From positions 1 to 57,081 of the forward strand of contig JADFRJ010000001.1 in the NCBI GenBank assembly GCA_022561355.1: 57,081 nt of DNA. Reading direction: 5' to 3'. This stretch comes from Chloroflexota bacterium. Lineage in GTDB: Bacteria; Chloroflexota; Dehalococcoidia; DSTF01; RBG-16-68-14. Shown in pieces: positions 44,072 to 52,166 of the stretch. Positions within the stretch are counted from its first letter, which is position 1; every line of letters starts with the position of its first letter. The position numbers and the translations under genes were made by a program. The notes below the pieces were generated by a model, which was not told where the DNA came from, made no database searches, and saw nothing but the letters and a program-made list of their open reading frames with translations.

Positions 44072-45041
44072 GAGGCTCACCGTTATCATCATGGCGTTCG
44101 TGTTCGTCGGCGCCGCGGCGCTGACCCTGTTCGACCTACGACTGGCCTCTTCCCAGACCGTCACGCTTGTGGCCAAGCGCAGCGAAAACGCGATACCACT
44201 CGACGACCCGTCAGCCGACGTCTGGGATAAAGGAGCGCCAATACAGGTGCCCTTGAGCGGCCAGAATACCGTGCCGCCGCGAGGCGGAGGCGAAGGGACC
44301 GTCACCGCGAGGGCGCTTCATTACGATGGGAAGCTCTATATCCGCATGGAGTGGAGCGACGCCACCAAGGACGATTCGACGAGCATGCAGAACGAATTCA
44401 CCGACGCAGCGGCCGTCCAGTTTCCGGTCGAACACGGCGAGAGCGTACCCGCGTTCTGCATGGGCAACCCGGACGCTCCCGTAAATATTTGGCAATGGAA
44501 GGCCGCCTGGCAGACTGGAACGGACGCCTCCGTCCTCGATGTGCAGGAGGCGTACCCGAACATCGCCGTGGACTTCTATCCGTTTGAGGACGAACCGGAG
44601 TTCTACCCGGCGGCTGCCTCCGGAAACATCGTTGTGCGGGCGGACCGCACGAGCGCGGCAGACAATCTGTTAGCCGGGAGCTTTGGCACGCTTACGGCGG
44701 CCGAAGACCAGATGGTCGCCGGAATGGGGGCCTGGGATGACGGCAAGTGGAGAGTCGTGTTCTCCCGCGACCTACAGGTAGGTGCGGAGTACGCGCAGTT
44801 CGCCGAAGGGGACAGCACGAACGTGGCGTTCGCTGTCTGGAACGGAGCGAACGCCGAGCGGGACGGGATGAAGTCCGTCTCGCAGTTTCTCACGCTAGAG
44901 GTCTCGCCGGAGATCGCAACAGGTGGTGGAGGCCTGTCAGGCGGGACAATTGGGCTGTTCGTAGTAGTAGGTTTGGTCGTAGTGGCTGGGCTGGCCACTG
45001 TAGGTAGCTACCTTCTGTACACGCGACGCCAGACGGCCTGA
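44049..45041 (+). CDS. EbdC/NxrC-like heme-b gamma subunit with an N-terminal signal peptide and a C-terminal TM anchor
   Basis: The start was set at the ATG at 44049, giving a 23-nt overlap with the delta gene. Signal: METLSSSKRLTVIIMAFVFVGAAALTL. Motifs: FCMGNPDAPVNIWQWKAAW and FAVWNGANAERDGMKSVS. The C-terminal helix is IGLFVVVGLVVVAGLATVGSYLLY followed by TRRQ. Confidence 0.75.
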   Translation: METLSSSKRLTVIIMAFVFVGAAALTLFDLRLASSQTVTLVAKRSENAIPLDDPSADVWDKGAPIQVPLSGQNTVPPRGGGEGTVTARALHYDGKLYIRMEWSDATKDDSTSMQNEFTDAAAVQFPVEHGESVPAFCMGNPDAPVNIWQWKAAWQTGTDASVLDVQEAYPNIAVDFYPFEDEPEFYPAAASGNIVVRADRTSAADNLLAGSFGTLTAAEDQMVAGMGAWDDGKWRVVFSRDLQVGAEYAQFAEGDSTNVAFAVWNGANAERDGMKSVSQFLTLEVSPEIATGGGGLSGGTIGLFVVVGLVVVAGLATVGSYLLYTRRQTA

Positions 45042-45052
45042 GGCAGCGGTAG

Positions 45053-46087
45053 ATGCTCGTTCCCACGGTCCAGCGTATCTTTTTCAACTACCAGCTTCCG
45101 CGATTGCGGGTCAGCGAGACTCTCTTGCGACAGGTCGTGCAGGGACTCATCGTGGCTGCGCTTCTGGAGATCGTTCTCCTTCGCCTGGCGACACGCATAG
45201 GCGTGCACGTTCCCCGCAGTGAGCTGGCCGCTGATGGCCTGCAGGCCGCATCGTTCGTCGGTTCGCTCGCCTTCAACTCCGCATCGATCCTCGCGATCGG
45301 CTTGACCGTGCTGCTGCTGCTGATGATGACTATGCGCGTGCGAGACAGCGTCGCTCGCTTCGGCCTCGTCTTGATCTCTGGCGCGCTCATGATCAGTCTC
45401 ATGATGAGCCTGGTCACAGGAAGGGCCGCCTGGGACGGCGCGTTCGGCTTGGCCGCTACGTTGTTGGTCCTGCTGCTCGGCGTCACGCTCATGGCCAGGA
45501 AGGACGTTAGTACCGGCCCAAGAGCGGCTGTTGCGCTCATCGTTGGGGCGTATCTTTGCTACCAGTACTACTCGCTCTCCTACATCACGTATCGGCTGCT
45601 CGACTATGCGGCGCTGCCGCCATTGGGCATCGATGTGCTCCGGTGGGGAGAGGTGCTGGTCGTGCTCGCGGGCGGCGCTGTCTTCTGGGCCTGGGGGAGA
45701 CCGCGCTGGCGGCTTGCCGGGCGCTTGGGCATCGCAGCCGTCGTTGGGTTCGTGGTCATCGTAGGCCTCAGCAGCCTTACGCCGTCCTCCACCACATCGA
45801 TCCTCGCCCTCTGGACCACAGGGATGAGCTTCTTCTTACCGTCGCCGGTGTATCTCGTCGCGCTGGCTCTCTACCTGGTGACGGTCGTGGCCTGCTTCCG
45901 CGACAAGGACGCTTTTTGGCTCGGGGCCGGCCTGCTCCTGTTGTTGGTAGCTGGATACATGCCAGAAGCGACCTACCATCATTTGCTGGTCATCCTTGGG
46001 GTTGGGTTTCTGGCAGGCGCCTTTCATGTCGTCGAAGAAGCTACAGAACGAGCGCCTGGGACGATCTCAATGCACACACGACACTGA
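45053..46087 (+). CDS. polytopic integral membrane protein, unknown family
   Basis: 344 aa with about 9-10 hydrophobic segments. It starts 12 nt after the gamma stop on the same strand. No recognisable motif. Confidence 0.55.
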   Translation: MLVPTVQRIFFNYQLPRLRVSETLLRQVVQGLIVAALLEIVLLRLATRIGVHVPRSELAADGLQAASFVGSLAFNSASILAIGLTVLLLLMMTMRVRDSVARFGLVLISGALMISLMMSLVTGRAAWDGAFGLAATLLVLLLGVTLMARKDVSTGPRAAVALIVGAYLCYQYYSLSYITYRLLDYAALPPLGIDVLRWGEVLVVLAGGAVFWAWGRPRWRLAGRLGIAAVVGFVVIVGLSSLTPSSTTSILALWTTGMSFFLPSPVYLVALALYLVTVVACFRDKDAFWLGAGLLLLLVAGYMPEATYHHLLVILGVGFLAGAFHVVEEATERAPGTISMHTRH

Positions 46088-46218
46088 ATATGGGCGGCGG
46101 AGTCAACAAGCGCAAGGTTGGAGATTACCAAAGGGATAGCTGAAGAAGCCGGTCCTGTTACTGCCTGGGAAGCAGATGTTCCTTTACGGAGCTACTCCGG
46201 CGTAGATGCGGATGGTAA

Positions 46219-46692
46219 CTAGCGGTCCGTGCCACTGTTATCGATCCAGTCATTGAGGCTGGCTACATTCCGGGCTGGAATGGGTGAGAACTCAAGGGTC
46301 GTGATGCTTCCACCATCGACGTCTGAGATATGCAGCTCAGCGAACACATCCATGTAGCCACCGAGATCGAGGCGGACGGTTTGCAGCCGCAGGACGCCAT
46401 CGCCGTCCTCGACGAGGACGAGTTCCCATGGCCCTTCTTCGATCTTCCTTTTGATGGCGCCCGCCACCTCCGAAACCGGCTGCTCCGACAGCAACTCGAC
46501 GCGATACGGCAAGAACGAACCTCGGCCGGTGTTCGCTATCTCCGCGGCGTCCGGCAGGGGGAAGTCGTCGGGCAAGGCCTGAAGAACGGTCTGCTGCCCG
46601 AACGGGTCCTGCCTGAACGGCGCATTGTTGCTCACGTACGCGGATAGGAGGTAGCCGGAGGTGAGGCCGATGACCGCAAGCGCCACTCCCAT
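46219..46692 (-). CDS. hypothetical N-terminally anchored protein
   Basis: I trimmed the 187-aa TTG-initiated track ORF to the ATG at 46692 (MGVALAVIGLTSGYLLSAYV...). It has one TM helix followed by a domain of about 130 aa with normal composition. Confidence 0.45.
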   Translation of the reverse strand: MGVALAVIGLTSGYLLSAYVSNNAPFRQDPFGQQTVLQALPDDFPLPDAAEIANTGRGSFLPYRVELLSEQPVSEVAGAIKRKIEEGPWELVLVEDGDGVLRLQTVRLDLGGYMDVFAELHISDVDGGSITTLEFSPIPARNVASLNDWIDNSGTDR

Positions 46693-46739
46693 CGCCAGGA
46701 CCTGCCGCCTCGCCGGCCAGCAGCCGCGTTTCGCCGGCC

Positions 46740-47188
46740 TGCGTTCCAATTGAGGCAGGTACGCCTTCAACCAGGGGGCCAAAGCCCGTGGCGTAGAGTG
46801 CGGCCTGCGGATAGCGCGCCGCTAATTCCAAGACTGCCTGGTAGAAGCCGGGCGCGACGGCGTCATCTGCATGAAGGATGTGGATCAGCTCCCCTCGCGA
46901 TTCACCGAGGCATCGGTTCCAGTTGCCGGCCATGCTCAGGAGTTCCTTCGAGGGGATGACTCGCGCATCTTCGGGTATCGTCACGCTCTCCGTGGCCGCG
47001 AGCGCTTCAGGGCCATTCGGGAAGATGAGCAGTTCGCTTTCCTCAGGCAATTGCATCGCCGCGCTGTCGATAGCGGTCTGAAGTACCTCGGGCGGCTCCA
47101 CGTAGCAGGGGATGCAAACGCTAAGCCGGAGACTCACGGATCGGAGCCCACCAGTTTGTTCGAGCTGAGCGCGAGGCGCTGCGATCAT
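46740..47188 (-). pseudogene. truncated family-2 glycosyltransferase (N-terminal GT-A half only)
   Basis: Contains LSVCIPCYVEPPEVLQTAIDSAAMQ...LIHILHADDAV (DxD-type motif). After about 150 aa the reading frame turns into Arg/Pro/Gly-rich sequence that overlaps the next gene out of frame. Confidence 0.4.
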
Positions 47189-47712
47189 GGCTGGACCTGT
47201 CTCAAGTAGTGGCTCCTGACTCTCGCCGGCCAACGAGTCGCCAGCACCACCACCGTCTAGCCAGTCGTCCTGCGTCCATGCGTTCGCCTCCTGAAACTGC
47301 CAACCGGCCGACGCCTGCAGGCGCAGCCAGAGCCTGGCCTTGCGGCTCCTATCGCGAGGCCAGATACAGTTCTGATACGATTGTCCCCCCAACCTGTTTC
47401 TCAGGCCATAAGAGTTATCCCTAGTATCAGGCGGCTGTGAACCAGCATTTCGAGCGTGTGGGTGGGAGCAAGAGAGGCGCTCAGGCTATCGGCGAGTGCA
47501 CCAATCCGCCGAAGCTGCTTAGCTACAGCAGGCCCACCGGGCATCAGGCGTGGAGCAGGACGTTAACCTGACCAAAGTGGCCAAGAGTTCGGCGGCGCGT
47601 GGACTGGTATAGAATCCAGTCAGCGCTCCTGAAGGAGGAGTGGGGGAGCACCGATGGCAACGCCGGAATCAGCAGCCGGCAAGTCACGCGAAGCTAGGCC
47701 AGTGCATTCAAC

Positions 47713-48888
47713 ATGACTCCAGATCGCCCGCGCACCGTTGTTCTCAAGAAGAACCTTGCGCGCTCTATCCGGCAAGGCCACCCCTGGATCTACCGAGATG
47801 CGCTGGATGTTCGCGTCGTCCCGGACAATGGCGCCCTCGTCGAAATCCACACGCGCGATGGAAGACCCATCGCCAGGGGCTTCTGGGACGAGCGATCGCC
47901 GATCGCCGTGCGGGTGCTGGAATCGGGCGGGCCCGGCTACCGTTTCGCGGACGTGGAATCGCTAGTAGCTGAACGGCTGCAGGCGGCGCTCGATCGCCGG
48001 TTGGAGCGACTCGACCTATCGAAGACCAACGCGTTTCGCTGGCTGCACGGTGAGGGCGATCTGCTACCAGGCGTCCACATCGACTTGTATGCCGACACCG
48101 CCGTCGTTCGTTTCGACGGCGACGGCGCGCGCGCGTTCTACGATCCGTTCGAACCGCGCTTGCGCCTGGCGGCGCGATCGCGTCTGCCGATTCGGGCGGT
48201 GCTGGATCGGTCCTCGCGTAAACCGGGCGCCAAGAAAAACGAGCGAAAGGTCCTGGAGAACGGCGTCCGGTTCGTGGTGGATCTGGCGCACGGACAGAAG
48301 GGAGGCCTCTTTATCGACCAGCGCGAGAACCGGGTACGAGTGGCGGAGCGGGCCCGTGGCAAGTCCGTCCTGAACCTGTTCGGCTATACTGGTGGCTTCG
48401 CGGTGCATGCGGCGGTGGCTGGCGCCCGCAGCACGGACACCGTCGACGTGGCGAAACCCGCGATCGAGGCCGCGTGGCGCAACTTCCAACTGAACGACCT
48501 GCCCATGGACCGCGCGAAGTTTCACGCGCTCGACGTCTTCGCGTTCTTGACGGCCGCGATCGAGCGCGGTGATCGATGGGACATCGTCATCTCCGACCCG
48601 CCTAGCTTCGCGCCTAAGAAAGCTGCGGTGCCCAAGGCGCGCCGGGCCTACGAACGGTTGCATAAGCTGGCGTCGGAGGTTACCACGCGGGGCGGCCTGC
48701 TGTGCGCGTCATCGTGCTCCAGCCACTTCGGGAAGGACGAGTTTCTGGCGAGCATCGAGGCTGGCGTCGCCCAAGCCGGCCGCAGCTGGGCGTTCGAAGC
48801 GCTGTACGGCGCCGCGTTCGACCACCCGGTATTGCCAGCGTTCCCCGAAGGCGACTACCTGAAGTTCGCGATGGGCCGCGTGGGTTAG
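47713..48888 (+). CDS. rlmI: RlmI-like SAM-dependent rRNA (cytosine-C5) methyltransferase (PUA-like N-terminus plus class I MTase)
   Basis: N-terminus VVLKKNLARSIRQGHPWIYRDAL. SAM motif VLNLFGYTGGFAVHAA. Catalytic DPPSF and SSCS. 391 aa. Confidence 0.72.
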   Translation: MTPDRPRTVVLKKNLARSIRQGHPWIYRDALDVRVVPDNGALVEIHTRDGRPIARGFWDERSPIAVRVLESGGPGYRFADVESLVAERLQAALDRRLERLDLSKTNAFRWLHGEGDLLPGVHIDLYADTAVVRFDGDGARAFYDPFEPRLRLAARSRLPIRAVLDRSSRKPGAKKNERKVLENGVRFVVDLAHGQKGGLFIDQRENRVRVAERARGKSVLNLFGYTGGFAVHAAVAGARSTDTVDVAKPAIEAAWRNFQLNDLPMDRAKFHALDVFAFLTAAIERGDRWDIVISDPPSFAPKKAAVPKARRAYERLHKLASEVTTRGGLLCASSCSSHFGKDEFLASIEAGVAQAGRSWAFEALYGAAFDHPVLPAFPEGDYLKFAMGRVG

Positions 48889-48931
48889 GAACACTCTAGA
48901 ATCGCTGGCAAGTGGCGGGCGAGATGGAAGG

Positions 48932-49741
48932 CTAGACCGGCTGGCGGAGCCCCCAGCCTATCGCGTTGTCTACTAAGCGCTGAAATACGGCCTCGTCCCA
49001 AACTCCGCGAAACGATCCGGGGGACATGCCGTCCGGACTGACGCTTACATCCACGATCCGTTGCCCGTCAGTCGCGGGCGAGTGGCAGTGTCCGAGCGCG
49101 ATGTAGGCGACCTCGCCGTCTCCGACCGATTTCGTGTAGCCGAGCACGCGCGTTTTGCCGTCGGCCTGCAGAGATGTGTCTTCGTCGTAGAGGAAGCCGA
49201 ATCCTTCAGGAGATGGGTCTACCGGCAATTCCGTCGTGAGCAGCACGTTGCATTCGCTTGTAAGTTCAATGAGATAAAGCTCATCGGAAACATCGAAGCT
49301 CTCGGGTAATCCTGCGGTGATCGGATGTGATGAATCGACGACCTTGACCTCGAACCGGCGGATTGGTGGGTGGTTCAGGAAGAAGGAGCCGAGAGTCTCA
49401 TGGTGCGCGAGCTTGACCATTTTCCGACGGAAAGAGCCCTCCACGCGCGCGGCTTTCCCGCCACTGGTCCCGTGAAAGCCTAGCCAGCGGCCGCCATTCT
49501 CGAGCCATTCGGTCAACACGCCGTGCTGCTCGTCATCGGGATAGGGTCCGGCTGTGTAGGTAATCAGAAGCTGTGCGTCGTGGAGCCATTTCCCAAGTTC
49601 GCCGAAGTCGCTCGACACGGTCGTCGCGAGTTCGCCTCGCTCACCGAGGTGCGACAGCAACTCCCGGCGTGCGAAGTCCATGTCGTGGCTGGCGCTGGAG
49701 CCGGGTGGAAACCCTCCGACGATCAGATGCGCGCGTTCCAT
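48932..49741 (-). CDS. ThuA-like (trehalose utilisation / class I amidotransferase-like) domain protein
   Basis: Motifs: LIVGG...HD, WLENGGRWLGFHG and SSHPITAGLPESFDVSDELY. 269 aa. GGGAGGGA RBS. Confidence 0.6.
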   Translation of the reverse strand: MERAHLIVGGFPPGSSASHDMDFARRELLSHLGERGELATTVSSDFGELGKWLHDAQLLITYTAGPYPDDEQHGVLTEWLENGGRWLGFHGTSGGKAARVEGSFRRKMVKLAHHETLGSFFLNHPPIRRFEVKVVDSSHPITAGLPESFDVSDELYLIELTSECNVLLTTELPVDPSPEGFGFLYDEDTSLQADGKTRVLGYTKSVGDGEVAYIALGHCHSPATDGQRIVDVSVSPDGMSPGSFRGVWDEAVFQRLVDNAIGWGLRQPV

Positions 49742-49883
49742 GAACTCCCTCCCTCTTGCCAGAATCGGCAGACAGTGAGTCTAGCACAGGCATAGCGGTA
49801 GACGGCGGTTGTGGGTGTTCTGCTTGGGAAGATCAGGGGCTCTTCGGGGCCAGCGAGCCGCTCCGTCGGTCCCATGTGGTTCG

Positions 49884-50777
49884 TTACACGTCCTTCCCCG
49901 CTCTTACTAACAAGGCAATCCTTTCGGCGATCTCCGCCGCGCAATTCTCCTGCAAGAAGTGTTTCCCCTCTACTTGGTGGATTTCCGTTTGAAGATCAAG
50001 TGCGCGCTTCACGTCGGAGCCCATGGACGTGACGGGGAGTTCCGTGTCGTGCTTGCCCCACACAATTTGCGCGGGGAATTCGCGGTCGCGCAGGGGTGGG
50101 AGGATGCGCTCCTCGAACTCGCGAGTCGTCTCGAAGCTGCCCATGATCTTGCGAAACGCACGTCCACCGTCGCCCAACACGAGCAGGTCTCCGTACGCGC
50201 GAATCTCCGCGTAGTTGGGGCCCGCGAGGATACCCTTCCAGCGGAAGAAAGGGAAAATGATGGGCGAGTTCATCTGGAGCACCCATAGGCGCCCCAACAC
50301 CGGCACAGAGAACGGTCGCATCACCAGGGGTTTCGAGAACCGTGATACGTTGACGAGCGTGTTGAGCACGGTGAGGGACAGAATGCGCTGAGGGACGCGT
50401 CGCACGAGGTCGAACCCGATCGGGCCGCCAAGGTCGTGCACGACCAGATGGAATGAGTCGATCTTAGCCGCGGCCAAGGCCTTCTCCAGCCAGGCCGACA
50501 GCCCCGTCCACGTGTAGTCGAAGTCTGCGGGGCGGTCCGCGAAGCCTAGCCCCGGAAAGTCCAGCGCCACGCCTTCCATCCCGCGGCTCGCCAGCTCCGG
50601 GAGAACATTGCGGTAGAGATAGGCCGACGTCGGCACGCCGTGAAGGCATACCACCATGGGGCCAGTACCCTGGCGCCAGATGCGGGTGGAGGCAGTGGTC
50701 GGGATGTCGAGGTTAGAACCCTTAGCGTACCATTCTTGGAGAAGAGCGCTCGGGATGTCCTTACTTTTGAGTTCCAT
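49884..50777 (-). CDS. alpha/beta hydrolase, haloalkane dehalogenase / epoxide hydrolase-like
   Basis: Motifs: VVCLHGVPTSAYLYRNVLP and an Asp nucleophile elbow VVHDLGGPIG. The start was set at the ATG at 50777, 6 nt after GGAGG; the track ORF extends to 50807. Confidence 0.78.
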   Translation of the reverse strand: MELKSKDIPSALLQEWYAKGSNLDIPTTASTRIWRQGTGPMVVCLHGVPTSAYLYRNVLPELASRGMEGVALDFPGLGFADRPADFDYTWTGLSAWLEKALAAAKIDSFHLVVHDLGGPIGFDLVRRVPQRILSLTVLNTLVNVSRFSKPLVMRPFSVPVLGRLWVLQMNSPIIFPFFRWKGILAGPNYAEIRAYGDLLVLGDGGRAFRKIMGSFETTREFEERILPPLRDREFPAQIVWGKHDTELPVTSMGSDVKRALDLQTEIHQVEGKHFLQENCAAEIAERIALLVRAGKDV

Positions 50778-50964
50778 GGAGGCCTCCATTAGATTCAGCG
50801 CTGTCAAGAATTCTCATCCCCGTTAGGACCTTTTGCATAGCGTGAGTCTTACACAGGCTACAAGCTAGAAAGAAGGCGTAGAAGCCCTGCTCAGAAAGCA
50901 GATGGTCGCGGATCACAGCTGGGGAGAGGGCCGGTGAAATGGCGGCCTCTACCATTACAAGGAT

Positions 50965-51056
50965 TGGAGCGGGAGACGAGAGTCGAACTCGCGACCCCTT
51001 CGGCCCAGTATCGAACCAATTGCTGTAGGATAGACTCTACCGCACACGGCCCCCGC
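50965..51056 (-). tRNA. tRNA-Gly-like element with a canonical 3' half (T-arm, acceptor strand, encoded CCA) but a degenerate D/anticodon region; possible pseudogene
   Basis: The minus strand ends in GGGGTCGCGAGTTCGACTCTCGTCTCCCGCTCCA, almost identical to the 3' half of E. coli tRNA-Gly(GCC) as I remember it. The 5' strand GCGGGGG pairs with it. The D and anticodon stems do not fold canonically, and the element is 92 nt long. Confidence 0.4.
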
Positions 51057-51191
51057 AGCGTGACATTGGAGCACGGTCATCGCTGATGGCGTAAGGAGTC
51101 GATCACGAACCGAACTCTCCTCCTCTGTCTCGTTAGTGTTCCTCTACTGATCGCCTGCGTTACGAACCAGGAAAGAGGTAACGACTCGACG

Positions 51192-52040
51192 TTGACGCCG
51201 CTCGGTCCGAACGCAATCCTCAGCGCAGAGGATGCGGAATTCGTCGACCAGATGGCCCTTATCGACTCCGAGATCGTGCGAAAGGAAGACATCCTTAAGG
51301 AGGCTCTGACCCTCGCGGAGCCGGGCCGTGACGAGCATCTAGCAGCTCTGGCCGAAGCGGGTGTGCGCCGGACGTTTGAATTCATGTTGCAGGCGACACA
51401 GCAGCTCCTGCCGCAGCAACTCCAGAGAGATCAACGTGTATACGTGGTTTATCTGCGAGACAGCATTGGCTTCGGTCGGCGCTACGAACAGGCTGTCGAA
51501 CAGAAGGACCTCGTCGCCGCACATCTCGACACGATCGCTCTTCTCGTTGCACGAGCGAAAATGCTGACCAACGTTTCCGCGCTCTTCTGCGAGCGAACAT
51601 TCGCGGCGGATAGCAAGGCGCTTTGTGATTCCTCGGAACCTCCAGGTGGATCCTACGGAGCAGCTCTTCGACCGATCTTCCGCCAGTTGAGCAGCGAGTT
51701 TCTCCCGAACATCGAGTTTTTCCCCAGTCAATATTCGCCCGAAGAGGCTGCTTCGGCCTTCGCCTCACTGCTCGACTCCAGGCTCATCAGCACGGTGCAG
51801 AGAGCATACGAGTCGGTGCAGGCGCTCAATCCACCTGCCCGGTTGCGCCTGGACCACGACCGCATTACTCGCTACCTCGCCGACACTTTGGATGCCGCCC
51901 TCACCATGGGAGCAACAACAGAGAATCAGAATATTTCAGCCGACGTTGACTTCGGCGCATATGCACGGCTCCGGAATGATGCCGCAAACGATCTATCGGC
52001 TGAGGCGAAGGCGATCGCCGCCCCTTACTTCCATGAGTGA
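51192..52040 (+). CDS. hypothetical protein
   Basis: 282-aa ORF with a TTG start; an in-frame ATG at 51252 is an alternative. It looks helical and has no signal peptide or recognisable motif. Confidence 0.4.
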   Translation: MTPLGPNAILSAEDAEFVDQMALIDSEIVRKEDILKEALTLAEPGRDEHLAALAEAGVRRTFEFMLQATQQLLPQQLQRDQRVYVVYLRDSIGFGRRYEQAVEQKDLVAAHLDTIALLVARAKMLTNVSALFCERTFAADSKALCDSSEPPGGSYGAALRPIFRQLSSEFLPNIEFFPSQYSPEEAASAFASLLDSRLISTVQRAYESVQALNPPARLRLDHDRITRYLADTLDAALTMGATTENQNISADVDFGAYARLRNDAANDLSAEAKAIAAPYFHE

Positions 52041-52166
52041 TGATCCCGTCATCCCGCCCGTGTCGACGGAACTCGCCCGCCTCAGAGGTTCGGAAGGCGG
52101 CGGCTTAGCAGCGGCCGAAGCGGCCCCCCGCCGAACGATGAGCGGAGCCCCAAGAGCACAGTCATC

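Noticed and set aside
46337-47392. Treating the 351-aa ORF as one intact protein
   Set aside because: Only residues of about 69-220 look like a GT2 domain. The N-terminal 68 residues and the C-terminal 130 or so are compositionally aberrant, and the latter overlap a better ORF in another frame.
50965-51056. tRNA-Sec or allo-tRNA interpretation of the 92-99 nt tRNA-like elements
   Set aside because: There is no UCA anticodon loop. The acceptor and D arms of the better copy are the ordinary 7-bp and 4-bp class I type. The extra nucleotides do not form a convincing long variable stem; only alternative 4-bp pairings are possible.
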